In this document: positions 53,477 through 64,000 of the stretch, piece after piece
Layout of the letters: the number at the start of each line of letters is the position of its first letter
How positions within the stretch are numbered: position 1 is the stretch's first letter
From: a virus
Lineage: Duplodnaviria; Caudoviricetes
DNA: 64,000 nt
Virus record (IMG/VR): IMGVR_UViG_2974636896_000001
Coordinates: 1 to 64,000 of that record
Strand: one strand, 5' to 3'
The notes under the pieces: model-generated
The model's database searches: none
What the model was told of the DNA's origin: nothing
The model's input: only the letters and a program-made list of their open reading frames with translations
Translations under genes and position numbers: made by a program

Positions 53477-56400
53477 ATGAATATCAATAAGGTCTCCAAC
53501 GCAGTTTCTAATCAACTCCCAGACTTTATTCCATCGGAATATGAACTATTTGGAAAGTTTATACAGTATTACTACAAATCTCAAGAAAAAACGGGTTTAG
53601 GGCAAAATATTCTAAACAATTTTTTAGAATATCTTGATATTGATAAACTCGATATTGATATTCTTGACGGTGCTACTATTCTTGTAGAACCCATTGATAG
53701 TAGTGATACTACAATTACTGTTGAAAATATCGATAAGTTTTTACCTGAAAATGGTTCCATCAAAATTAATGATGAAGTCATTTTTTACGAGGGTATTTCT
53801 GGTTCACCAAATGTTTCTTTTAGACCTGGTGTATCATACGAACAGGTAAAAATTAAGCAGATTGAATTACAAAGTCCCCTTCGTAACTTTGATGGGACTG
53901 CACGTAGTTTTGCTCTCTTAAGCGAAGATAGGCCAGTAACACCCATCTCAGCACAACATCTACTTGTTCAAGTATATGGGGAGTATCTTGTACCTGGTAT
54001 TGACTACGATATTTCTGGAACAAGTATTGTATTCACAGAAGCACCCAGAGCAGTATTAACTTCTGATAGTTCTGATCTCACCAGTATCAAGTACTTTAGT
54101 GGGTTTGTAGAAAATAATATTTTTGCTTTAAATGACATCTCTGCTAGTTTTGGAGATGGTAAAACTGAATTTCAAGTCACTCGTAATGGAAGTACGTTTA
54201 TTCCTGAACTTGATGAATACGTTATTGCATACTACGATGGAACTCTTCTAACACCTAAAGTAAATTATGTATTTGATGATGATCTTTTAATCTTTAGGGG
54301 TATTGTTCCTCTAAAAGGTAGAAAACTTACATTATTTTATGTAGATGCTCCAATCCCATCTTTTGGTTCTGGTGCAGCTGCACATGCCAGAATTAATAAT
54401 GAAGGAGAAATCACATCAATCAATATTGATGAAACTGGTAGTTCTTATAGATTTGATTATCCTCCTGCTATCAGTATTGATAGTGAAGAGGGCACTGCTG
54501 GTGCTGCCAAGGCACTTATCAACGGAGTTAAAAATCTCCAATTAATTTTTGGTGGAGTTGGTTATAGTGATACCAATCCTCCTATTGTAAATGTAGAGGC
54601 ACCTACTCAAGAGGGTTCTACAGCAGCAAAACTTTCTGCAACTGTTGTTGGCGGCACAGTAACTGGATTAACATTAACAGATTCTGGTAGCGGTTATACT
54701 GCAGTTCCTAGAATTACATTCCAACAACCTGGTGGTGCTGTTGTAGAACCTCCTACCATAGTAAATGGTTCTATTTCGGGACAAATCGTAGTATCTTCTA
54801 GGGGTTCTGGGTACACTACAGCACCTGAAATTTATATTGATGAACCAACTGGCAATAACCCAATTAAAGCAAGTTTAGAGACTGAGATCACTAATGGCGA
54901 AGTTACTGCAGTAAATATTTTAAATTCGGGACAAGGTTACACTACTACTCCTAGAATTAAAATTATTGAACCTACTGGTGCTCAAGTTTTAGAGACAGTA
55001 GTCGATTCTGATGGACGTGTCATCACTATCGAAATTCTTGAGGGTGGTGCTGGATATGATGATGTACCTTCAGTTTATATTATTGACGACAGAACTGATG
55101 CTTCAACAGGTGCATATCTGGGTGGTAGTGGAGCACAAGCGGTAGCTTCTGTTTTTAATGGTAGAATTACTGATATTAATATCACTGAATTTGGTACAGG
55201 ATATAGTCAGACCCAACCTCCTAAAGTTATCATTCAAAGTCCTCCTCAAGCTTCTGCATCAGTTGAAATTGGTATTAATGAAATTACTGGATTTGAAATT
55301 TTACAACCTGGTAGAGGATACTCTAAAGCACAGTTTTTAAATTGTGCTAGAGCAGCAAGTGGTATTACTGGTTATACTGAAGATGGCAATGCAATTTTTA
55401 GTAATAATACTGCTGCATCTGTTCATAATATTGGTGACACTACAACGTGCTTAGATGCAGTATTTGTAAAAAGACTTCTCGATAAGTATACTGAACAGTT
55501 CTTACCAAACGTTCCTGAATTAGATTACAAGAAGATTGATGTTCGTACAGCAATCAAAAATATTAAATCTTTTTATCAGACAAAAGGAACAACTTTTAGT
55601 ATAGAATATCTGTTTAAACTTCTTTATGGTGAAACTATTGATGTTTCTTATCCTAAAGATCAAATTATTAAACCATCGGCAGCAACTTGGTCTATTAACA
55701 CAATTTTGCGTGCAACGTTAGAAAGTGGTGATCCTAGGAATATTCAAGATGCATTAATTTCTCAAGTTGCAGATATTGCTGATGTTAATGTTCAAGATGC
55801 AAGTGCTCTTGTAGAAAATTATATTGCAATCAACACTGCAAATACTACCATCTATGAACTTGTTCTTTCTGAAGAAACTATCCAAGGAACGTTCGTAGTT
55901 CCTTATAAAACTAGACTAGCAGAACCTCTTGGAGAAGATGACAGTATTATTACTGTTGACTCTACTATTGGTTGGCCTGAAAGGAACGGTGAGTTTATTC
56001 TTGGTGGATCTGAAGTTGTTCGCTATAAAGAGAAATCTCTCAATCAGTTTATTGAGTGTACTCGTCTTTCTCCTGGTAGTATTGGTCTTAATCCCTATGT
56101 TTGGGATTCTGCCACAGAGGTAGTTTCTAACTTTAAAGTTGTATTGAACAGAGGAACTACTCAAGAAGTTGTAATGAATATTGTTGGTATCGTTGATGCA
56201 CAACAAACAAATCTTACTGACACTGGTTCTTACTACTTACCAGGTGATAAACTAACTGTTGCTAAACTTGGTGGTACTGGTGAGCAACCATTACTGACTA
56301 CTTGGTTATATAACGTCAAAAAACTCATTGAAGTTACAGGTATTACTTTTGGTGGGGTTGATGACAGATTTGCAACAGTAACATGTTCAAATAATCACGG

Positions 56401-59400
56401 TCTCTTGGTTGGAGACGAAGTTACGATTTATGGTGCTAATCCGATCATTTATAACGGAACGTTTGAAGTAACTTCTAGAGACAATGATACTGTATTCCAG
56501 TATCAGTTACCTCAAACTGCACTTGTTGCACCACAAGGTAATATTCTTGTTTCTGTTAACTTGAATAAAGGTAAGTCAACAAATACCCCAATCAATAACA
56601 GTATTTCTTCTTACACAACAAATATTCAGAACTCGTTCTTTAATGACAACTATGTGTATGTTGCATCTACTGGTATCCCCAACTATAATGTTGGTCCATT
56701 TGTAGGTTCTGCACTTCTTCCTGGCAACCAAAGAAAACTTAATAGATTTGTACAGAGTCCATCTACAATCTCTACAAAAAATGTAATTAGTCCTGGTCCT
56801 ATTGGAACTTGGGTCAACGGTGTTTCTGTATGGTCTTATAAGTCAACATTATCAAAAACTTTCGGACCTATCACTAGCATAACCATTTCTAATGCTGGTC
56901 AGGATTATGATGCGGCATCACCTCCAAGTGCATCTATTACAGGTGGTGGGGGATCTGGCGCTACTGCAGAAGTTGTTGTAAATGGTTCTGTAAGCAGCAT
57001 TAGTGTCGATACTGGTGGATCTGGTTATACTTCCTCTCCTCTTGTCTCTATTGTTGGTGGAGGCGGTTCTGGAGCGTCTGCAACTGCTATTATCACTAAA
57101 GGTAGTGTATCTAATATTCTGATTACTAGTGGTGGTACTGGATATACATCTCAACCAGAAATTACTATTGTTGGTGGTGGTGGTACTGGTGCTACTGGTA
57201 CTGCATCTGTTAGAGGTCCTATTAAGTCTGTTAATTTGTCATCTGCAGGAAGTTCCTATATCTCCAGTCCAACTGTTACTGTAAGTTCTGGTGTCGGTGC
57301 TGTTGCTCAGGCAATTGTCAATAATGGTAGAATTATTTCTATTGCAATTATTTCGGGTGGATCTGGATATACTACTGCACCTGAGGTACAGATTCAAGGT
57401 ATTGGTTTCGGTGCAAAAGCACAGGCAATTATTGATACTGAGGGTGAAAATGCTGGTAAAGTTACTAGTATTCAAATTGATAATAGAGGTATTAACTATA
57501 CTCAAGGTACAACTGTTATTAATCTAACCTCTGTGGGGCAGGATGCAATTTTCTCTGCAAATGTATTCCAGTGGACATATAACTTACAAGAATCTGCTAC
57601 TTTTGATGATTCTCAAGGTTCTGTTTTTGAAGGATATAATACTCAGTATGGAGGTGAATATGCTCACTTATCTAACCCTCAGAGACTTAGATACATCCTT
57701 GGTGACAATTTAATTAAAAATAATAGTGATGTTATCGTTGAGCAGGAAACTCAATTAGAGCACTCTCCTATTATTGGTTGGGCATTTGATGGAAACCCAA
57801 TTTATGGACCATATGGTTACACAGACCCTACAGACCAATCTTCAAATATTACTAAAATCTCTTCTTCACACAGATTGAAAACTGATTTAGTTTTTGATGA
57901 TATCACCAATCCTACCCCAGTAAGAACAGAGGGACCACTTCTCAGTACAGATGTTGCTGGTACTTATGTTGAAGACTATGAGTATGTATTCAATCTTGGT
58001 GATTTGGATCAATATAATGGGCGTTTTTGTAAGACACCTCAGTTCCCTAATGGTAGATATTGTTATTTTGTAACTATTGATAATACTGAAGCGGGTAATG
58101 CGGTATTCCCTTATGTTCTTGGTAGTGACTTTAACTCTGTTGTTGATTCTTGGAACTTAGATGAAGATGCAACTCAGCAAAATATCCCAAGAGGTGTTGT
58201 CCGTTATAGAGATCCATATCAAAATGTTGATATCGATGTTGAAAGAACACCTAATGCATCTACCAATTCCCTATCTCTAGAGAATGGAGATATTCTTCGC
58301 TTTGAAGTAGAAGATGAAAATAGAGATGGTGTCATCAGTCAGGACGAAACTGATGATCCTGATGAAATTCTAGAAGAACCTCCCCTTCAGATTTTTGATT
58401 ACTTCCCTAAGGTAAAAACTGAATCCAAAGTTGATATTGAAGTTGAAACGATTAGTAGATTTGAAAATGCATCTATTACAGATTTTGTTGTTGAAAATGC
58501 TGGTACAAGTTATCAGGTAGATGACAAACTCATCTTTAATAATGATGGAACAGGTGGTTCTGGTGCTTCTGCTCGTGTTTCTAGGATTAAGGGCGAAACT
58601 ATTAATAGTTTTGGATACCAATATCGTCAAGGATTGAATTACGGTCAAATTACAACAGAAGTTCCTCATACCTTGGAAGTCAATGATACTATTTTTGTTG
58701 ATTATTCTGAAAATATTGAAACTACCAATAAAGAGTTTAGTGTAAGACAACTAAAAGGTATTGAAGAAGTTACTATTGACCAAACTGGTAGTGGGTATAA
58801 TGAAGATATTCCTCCAACTATTGTAATTGATGGAGATGGAGAAAGTGCAGAACTAGAGGCAGTTGTAGATTCTATTGGATCTATTAAAACTGTTAATATT
58901 ATTAATTCTGGAAATTCATACACTGAAAATCCAAGAGTAATTCTTTCACATCCTCAAATATTTAAAAAAGCAGATTACTTTATTGCAAAATTTGCTAATC
59001 AAGAAAATGTTAAGGTAAATGATATTTTTGTCAATCAAAATAAAGAAACCTTTATTTGCGGTTCCACTCCTGACGACAGCGGTAATACTGTAGCGTTTAT
59101 TGCTAAATTGTCTGCTGGTGGTGTTAAAGAATGGGAAAAAACTCTTGAACTTACTAGTGGATTGAATTATGCAGAATTGCAAAAGATCTATGTTGAAGGT
59201 AATACTGTTTGGGTTGCTGGTATCAATAAGCCAAACAGCAGTATCTTAGGAGCATATAATCCTGATATTATTGTTGCTAAGTATAATCAGTCATCTGATG
59301 GGTTGAGTGCTACATTAGAATTCCAAAAGGCATATGCTGGAATTTCGGGTGCAAGTCGTTCTGACAACATTACTTCAATTATTGGAACAACTGATAATAG

Positions 59401-62400
59401 AGTTATTATTGGTGGTTTTACTAATACCAACTCACCTTATCCTTATGATGCATTTGTTGGTATCTTAGATTCTTCTGGAACATTTACGGTTAAGAGAAAA
59501 ATTGTATCTTCAAATGGTAATGAAGAAATCAAAGATCTTCTTTTAGATTCTGCTGGTAATTTATATTTCCTCCTAGAAACTTCTACAAGTCAAAATGCTG
59601 GTGATAGAAACTTTGCTATTGGTAAAGCAACTATTACTAATACAGCAATAACAACGGTTTGGATTAATGAGATTACAAACAATGCATATTCATTCTTAGA
59701 TATTTCTTTTGCGATTGATGAGTTTGATGACATATATGTCACCTCTACTCTTCAACTGAAGAGTGATGATACTACAAGAGACAGTTTCTGGGTTGGTAAG
59801 TACAACACATCTGGCAGTTTACTTTGGAATTATCGTTATGTTGCTCCTGGAAGAGATATCAATTTAGCACCCAAGTGTGTTCTTGATATTTTCAGCGAGT
59901 TAAATATCGCATTTACAAGAGTAGATAATGTTACAGACAAAAAGACTGTAGATTTAGTAAAACTTGATTATAAAGGTAAAATTGTAAATCATACAACTAA
60001 TGACTTTACTGAAAATACCGTCGAAGGTATTACTGTAAACAGTATTGATGTAGATAACTCTGGTGATCCATACATCTTTGGTCAAACGTCTTGGAATAGA
60101 AATGAAGCAATCTTCACTTTTGATAGTGATTTGTCTGACACTACAACCCACCACACCTTAACTACACTTGGTTTAGGTGGATCTATTGAACGTGATACTG
60201 ATGGATATTTGAAGATTTTCGGATTCCAAACAGGTGCATCTACTGTATTTGAAAATAGTGCTGCAAAGATTGCTGCAACTAGTTTGAGTAATGCTTTGCA
60301 AGATGATTTTGTCATCGAATTCCTTCTGTATAAAGATGCTGCTGGTAGTAATGCTGAGACATTATCTGCAGATAAGCAGTCTCTTATTGCTATTGGTGAC
60401 GCTCAAAGCACTACTGGTGGTCTTTGGTTGTATTACAATACAGATGGAACTGCCAATGATGGTAGAATTGAAATGGTTGTTACTAACAATAGTACAATAT
60501 TCTCTGGTGCTTCTGCTGCAACAGGTACAAACACTGGATTGTTTGCCGACGATACCTGGCAACTAATTTCTCTTAGAAAAGAATCAAATACATTTAAAGT
60601 ATATGTGAATGGAATTGAGCAAATTTCTGCTACGATTTCAGATACTTCTCTTGGTTCTAAGGACATTCATATTGGTAATGTTCCTGGATTCCCTAGTGCA
60701 GGTGGATTTATTGAAGGTAATCAAGGTCAATTCTTTATTGACTCTTTAAGAATTCGTAATAGAGCAGTAACTGTAACCGCACCTAGCGATTTTGGAGATC
60801 CTTTGGCTCTTCCTGGCGCGGTTACAATTGCATTAGATCATACTTTTGTTGATACTGCATGGTTCACACAGCAACATGCCAGATATGATTATATTGATTA
60901 TGAATCATTTGGATTGAAGGTTGATAAAAATTCTGATGTTACTAGAAGAGGTACATTCAACTCAAATACAAATTCAAACTATGGATTTACTAGAACTGCA
61001 GTAACTCCTGTAACTGGTGTTGCATTGACTATAGTCTCTGTTGGTTATGCTTTAGCAGAAGTTGGTTTCCAAACTTTAGACTTGAGCACTGCCATCACTA
61101 CAATGTCTGAGGGTACGCTAAATCTTACTTATAGTAGAGACGTTTGGAGTTCTAGAACTGCAACTGTCCCTTCTCCTGGTTCTCAAAAATTAAAAGTAAC
61201 TGCAAATGTTAGAAATCGTTATTACTTTAAGACATTTAATTTACTTAAGATTGATAATGTTCAAGAACTCACTATCAACCAGTCTTTCAACTTTACTGTT
61301 GGAGCAAAATTGGTCATTAAAAATGGTGCTTCTTTTGTCAATAGCGGTTATATCACACGAGTAGATTTCCCCAATAAAAAAGTATATGTTGCTATTAATA
61401 ATAATTCTTGGACTAATGATGTCAATGTATATGAATTGTCAACAGAGCAGTTTGATGAGCAAAGCACATATAATATCGTTGGACCAGTTCCAAATGATGT
61501 AAATGAGATTGCACAAACATTCCCCGATATTGTAAACACTACTCCTGGAACATTTGATATTGATCTTGCAACGTTTGATGCCCCAGAAGAAATTGGTGGT
61601 ACAAATAATTTAGATGAATATGCTAAGTTCAAATCCTATGCTGATAATGATTACAGTGTTAAGATTGTGGAAGTCAGTGGATCCTCAAGTTATGTTGTAG
61701 GTTCTGTCGTCACACTAACTTCAAGTGATGTATCTTTCAATTCGTCTAGTTCTACAGTACAAATTACAAATCTTACAGGTGTTTTAAAAATCACTTTGAT
61801 TTCTAATCTTAGTAAGATTCTTCAAGTAACTGCTGTTAACAATAGCGATACAGTATATTGTGTCTCTGATGCTCTCCATTATTTGAGCGTGAGCGAGCAG
61901 ATTTTTGTTGATGGTAATCCAAATGAGGAAGTTTCTGGTATTGTTTACGATGAGTACGATGGTTCTTTCCCTGTAGAAAGAGTTATTAGTCCAATTGAAT
62001 TCACATACAAGTTACCCCAAAACGCAGTTAGTTCTCCTGCTACAACTGGTAGTAGTGTAACTGTATTAGTGAAGTCTCCTACATTGAAGATGTACTATGG
62101 ACATCAATATTTGTTCAATTTGTCACACTCTTCAATGTTGGGTGGAAACCTCTCATTTGCTAAGGATCCTCTTTATAAGTTGGAATATTCATTCAACTCC
62201 ATTGAACGTATCGGTACTCCTGGAGTTACTGGTCAAGGTGTTCCTACACCAACAGTTAAGTTTAAAGTTACTGAGGATGTAATTACAAATATCTCATATT
62301 ATTTCGATCCCTCTAGACCTGGAGCGGCGGATTCTCCTGTCATTTCCGATAGTTATCTAGACGTTACATTTTCACCATATGTTGGTACGTTTACTGTAGA

Positions 62401-64000
62401 TTCTACTTCTGGCGGTACAATTACTACTGGTGATAATACATTCCAGTTTATACTTCCAAATCAACCAGAAGCTGCTGCTACTATCGCAAATGCTTCTTAT
62501 AGCACTAGTTCTAAAAAAGCAGTCGGTGCTATTTCAAATATTCGTATTGTCAATCCTGGTGGATTCTATACAAAATTACCTATTGTCTCTTCTATCGAAT
62601 CTAATAGAAAAATTGAAAGAGTTGAGATTAATGAACCTGGAACTGAATATGCTGTAGGAACTTACAGAGGTGTTCCTATTTCGGGTGATGGTGAAGGTGG
62701 AATTGTTCAAATTGCTGTTGCCGATGGTACAGATGAAGAAGGTGTATTGATCCCTGGTCAAATTCAATCTGTTGTAGTCACTAGTCCTGGTAAAGGATAT
62801 ACTGTAGCTAATATTGATATCGAAGCAATCAGTGGTATCCTTGGGTCGGGACTTACTGGTTCTGGTGCAGAACTGAATGTTATTATTCCTGCGTCTGGAT
62901 CTGGTGCCTCACTCTTTACTCTTGGTGAAGAAATTGGTAAAATTAAAAATCTGAAGAATAATAACTTCGGTTTTGATTATTCTCATGATTATACCTTACG
63001 ACCAGAAATTTCTTTCCCAATCAACGCTCAGTTGACTGCTACTAGTATTCTTGACAGTATTACTGTTACTGATCCTGGTTCTGGATATACTCAAGCACCT
63101 ACTGTTGTTATTTCTGGTGGTGGTGGTACTGGTGCTGTTGCAGTATCAACAATTAAAAATGGCAGACTCTTTGCCATCGAGGTTAAAGATCCTGGGTCAG
63201 GTTATTCTTCACAACCTCAGGTCAATCTCAAGTCGTCTTTCAATTATGTTATAAACATTGACTTGGGTCTCCTGCAGTTTGCTTTCCCTCATGGTATTCA
63301 AAATGGTTCTGAAGTTACTCTAAATGTCACTGATACTGGTGAGGGACTTGATTTCCCTCTCGCAGCTGGTGCTATTGGTAGACTTAATGGGTCCAATACT
63401 TATTATGCAATTGCTGGAGCAGCAAACTCTTTGGAGGATGATCAATTAAAACTTGCTATTACTTCTGCAAACGCAGAACTTGGTGATGCAATCTCTTATG
63501 TTAATGCTGGTACTGGTCGTCAATCGGTTCTTACTGAATCTTTTGGTGGTGCAGCAGAAGCAAATGTTATCACTTCTACCTTCCTAGAAGGTGAATTGGT
63601 TTATCAGGGTGATACTCTAGAAAATGCTACTGCACAGGGTTATGTTTCTACAAACTCTGGTTGGCAAGTAGGACCTAGAATCCTGAAAATGATTAACTAT
63701 ACAGGAACATTTACTGTAGGTCAAACTATTACTGGTGTCATCTCCAAGTCTTCTGGTGTCATATCCAAACTTAAGATTGCTAGAGGTGTCCTAGAAGTTG
63801 GATCTATTACTAAGACCACTGGACAATTTGTTGATGATGTTGGCAAACCTTCAGAAATCATTCAAAAGATTCAAGACTCTTACTATTATCAGGACTTCTC
63901 TTATGCCGTTAAGTCTTCTGTCTCTATTAGTGAATGGAAAGATGTTCTGGTTAGAAATGTACACCCTGCATCCTTTAAGGTATTTGGTGAACTTTCGATT
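53477..64000 (+). CDS. gp7: giant baseplate wedge initiator gp7 (partial, >3508 aa, runs off the window)
   Basis: absent from the ORF track because no stop is reached; starts MNINKVS..V.NQLPDFI..EY..F..FI.YYY.SQE, contains IKSFY..KGT..S..YLFKLLYG and ends in the same frame with KIQDSYYYQDFSY.VKS......W...V....HPASFKVFGE. Confidence 0.9.
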   Translation, partial: MNINKVSNAVSNQLPDFIPSEYELFGKFIQYYYKSQEKTGLGQNILNNFLEYLDIDKLDIDILDGATILVEPIDSSDTTITVENIDKFLPENGSIKINDEVIFYEGISGSPNVSFRPGVSYEQVKIKQIELQSPLRNFDGTARSFALLSEDRPVTPISAQHLLVQVYGEYLVPGIDYDISGTSIVFTEAPRAVLTSDSSDLTSIKYFSGFVENNIFALNDISASFGDGKTEFQVTRNGSTFIPELDEYVIAYYDGTLLTPKVNYVFDDDLLIFRGIVPLKGRKLTLFYVDAPIPSFGSGAAAHARINNEGEITSINIDETGSSYRFDYPPAISIDSEEGTAGAAKALINGVKNLQLIFGGVGYSDTNPPIVNVEAPTQEGSTAAKLSATVVGGTVTGLTLTDSGSGYTAVPRITFQQPGGAVVEPPTIVNGSISGQIVVSSRGSGYTTAPEIYIDEPTGNNPIKASLETEITNGEVTAVNILNSGQGYTTTPRIKIIEPTGAQVLETVVDSDGRVITIEILEGGAGYDDVPSVYIIDDRTDASTGAYLGGSGAQAVASVFNGRITDINITEFGTGYSQTQPPKVIIQSPPQASASVEIGINEITGFEILQPGRGYSKAQFLNCARAASGITGYTEDGNAIFSNNTAASVHNIGDTTTCLDAVFVKRLLDKYTEQFLPNVPELDYKKIDVRTAIKNIKSFYQTKGTTFSIEYLFKLLYGETIDVSYPKDQIIKPSAATWSINTILRATLESGDPRNIQDALISQVADIADVNVQDASALVENYIAINTANTTIYELVLSEETIQGTFVVPYKTRLAEPLGEDDSIITVDSTIGWPERNGEFILGGSEVVRYKEKSLNQFIECTRLSPGSIGLNPYVWDSATEVVSNFKVVLNRGTTQEVVMNIVGIVDAQQTNLTDTGSYYLPGDKLTVAKLGGTGEQPLLTTWLYNVKKLIEVTGITFGGVDDRFATVTCSNNHGLLVGDEVTIYGANPIIYNGTFEVTSRDNDTVFQYQLPQTALVAPQGNILVSVNLNKGKSTNTPINNSISSYTTNIQNSFFNDNYVYVASTGIPNYNVGPFVGSALLPGNQRKLNRFVQSPSTISTKNVISPGPIGTWVNGVSVWSYKSTLSKTFGPITSITISNAGQDYDAASPPSASITGGGGSGATAEVVVNGSVSSISVDTGGSGYTSSPLVSIVGGGGSGASATAIITKGSVSNILITSGGTGYTSQPEITIVGGGGTGATGTASVRGPIKSVNLSSAGSSYISSPTVTVSSGVGAVAQAIVNNGRIISIAIISGGSGYTTAPEVQIQGIGFGAKAQAIIDTEGENAGKVTSIQIDNRGINYTQGTTVINLTSVGQDAIFSANVFQWTYNLQESATFDDSQGSVFEGYNTQYGGEYAHLSNPQRLRYILGDNLIKNNSDVIVEQETQLEHSPIIGWAFDGNPIYGPYGYTDPTDQSSNITKISSSHRLKTDLVFDDITNPTPVRTEGPLLSTDVAGTYVEDYEYVFNLGDLDQYNGRFCKTPQFPNGRYCYFVTIDNTEAGNAVFPYVLGSDFNSVVDSWNLDEDATQQNIPRGVVRYRDPYQNVDIDVERTPNASTNSLSLENGDILRFEVEDENRDGVISQDETDDPDEILEEPPLQIFDYFPKVKTESKVDIEVETISRFENASITDFVVENAGTSYQVDDKLIFNNDGTGGSGASARVSRIKGETINSFGYQYRQGLNYGQITTEVPHTLEVNDTIFVDYSENIETTNKEFSVRQLKGIEEVTIDQTGSGYNEDIPPTIVIDGDGESAELEAVVDSIGSIKTVNIINSGNSYTENPRVILSHPQIFKKADYFIAKFANQENVKVNDIFVNQNKETFICGSTPDDSGNTVAFIAKLSAGGVKEWEKTLELTSGLNYAELQKIYVEGNTVWVAGINKPNSSILGAYNPDIIVAKYNQSSDGLSATLEFQKAYAGISGASRSDNITSIIGTTDNRVIIGGFTNTNSPYPYDAFVGILDSSGTFTVKRKIVSSNGNEEIKDLLLDSAGNLYFLLETSTSQNAGDRNFAIGKATITNTAITTVWINEITNNAYSFLDISFAIDEFDDIYVTSTLQLKSDDTTRDSFWVGKYNTSGSLLWNYRYVAPGRDINLAPKCVLDIFSELNIAFTRVDNVTDKKTVDLVKLDYKGKIVNHTTNDFTENTVEGITVNSIDVDNSGDPYIFGQTSWNRNEAIFTFDSDLSDTTTHHTLTTLGLGGSIERDTDGYLKIFGFQTGASTVFENSAAKIAATSLSNALQDDFVIEFLLYKDAAGSNAETLSADKQSLIAIGDAQSTTGGLWLYYNTDGTANDGRIEMVVTNNSTIFSGASAATGTNTGLFADDTWQLISLRKESNTFKVYVNGIEQISATISDTSLGSKDIHIGNVPGFPSAGGFIEGNQGQFFIDSLRIRNRAVTVTAPSDFGDPLALPGAVTIALDHTFVDTAWFTQQHARYDYIDYESFGLKVDKNSDVTRRGTFNSNTNSNYGFTRTAVTPVTGVALTIVSVGYALAEVGFQTLDLSTAITTMSEGTLNLTYSRDVWSSRTATVPSPGSQKLKVTANVRNRYYFKTFNLLKIDNVQELTINQSFNFTVGAKLVIKNGASFVNSGYITRVDFPNKKVYVAINNNSWTNDVNVYELSTEQFDEQSTYNIVGPVPNDVNEIAQTFPDIVNTTPGTFDIDLATFDAPEEIGGTNNLDEYAKFKSYADNDYSVKIVEVSGSSSYVVGSVVTLTSSDVSFNSSSSTVQITNLTGVLKITLISNLSKILQVTAVNNSDTVYCVSDALHYLSVSEQIFVDGNPNEEVSGIVYDEYDGSFPVERVISPIEFTYKLPQNAVSSPATTGSSVTVLVKSPTLKMYYGHQYLFNLSHSSMLGGNLSFAKDPLYKLEYSFNSIERIGTPGVTGQGVPTPTVKFKVTEDVITNISYYFDPSRPGAADSPVISDSYLDVTFSPYVGTFTVDSTSGGTITTGDNTFQFILPNQPEAAATIANASYSTSSKKAVGAISNIRIVNPGGFYTKLPIVSSIESNRKIERVEINEPGTEYAVGTYRGVPISGDGEGGIVQIAVADGTDEEGVLIPGQIQSVVVTSPGKGYTVANIDIEAISGILGSGLTGSGAELNVIIPASGSGASLFTLGEEIGKIKNLKNNNFGFDYSHDYTLRPEISFPINAQLTATSILDSITVTDPGSGYTQAPTVVISGGGGTGAVAVSTIKNGRLFAIEVKDPGSGYSSQPQVNLKSSFNYVINIDLGLLQFAFPHGIQNGSEVTLNVTDTGEGLDFPLAAGAIGRLNGSNTYYAIAGAANSLEDDQLKLAITSANAELGDAISYVNAGTGRQSVLTESFGGAAEANVITSTFLEGELVYQGDTLENATAQGYVSTNSGWQVGPRILKMINYTGTFTVGQTITGVISKSSGVISKLKIARGVLEVGSITKTTGQFVDDVGKPSEIIQKIQDSYYYQDFSYAVKSSVSISEWKDVLVRNVHPASFKVFGELSI

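Noticed and set aside
53477-64000. Apparent 10-kb gene desert with only short ORFs in the track
   Set aside because: This is an artifact: the gp7 frame is in phase at both ends and reaches no stop inside the window.

Overview
This is a 64-kb segment of a T4-like marine cyanomyovirus, most likely a Synechococcus phage. The call rests on T4 core genes together with CP12, a CpeT-like lyase, four tRNAs and about 11 2OG-Fe(II) oxygenases. Layout: gp32, then a baseplate/tail block (gp53, gp48, gp4, gp54-like, gp26/gp51, two tape-measure-like paralogs, gp27-like hub, gp5) with CP12/cpeT/tRNAs inserted. Next come an accessory oxygenase block, a tail-fibre/virion block and a second oxygenase block. 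A 13-kb early region (about 34-47 kb) consists of small genes driven by a repeated palindrome-plus-sigma70 promoter and includes a dam, nuclease, ParB-like, helicase cluster. A non-coding, origin-like segment follows (about 46.4-47.1 kb), then PAAR, gp25, gp6 and a giant gp7 (>3500 aa) that runs off the window and is missing from the ORF track. The strongest leads are: (1) a probable -1 programmed frameshift fusing gp26 to gp51 just upstream of the tape-measure gene; (2) a candidate phage-encoded methylase/nuclease module enclosed in nested promoter repeats; (3) a candidate origin with cyanobacterial-type DnaA boxes at a strand-skew switch; (4) a (Ser-Pro)17 virion tail in a genome rich in prolyl-hydroxylase-like enzymes. 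All assignments come from motif recognition by eye; no searches were run.
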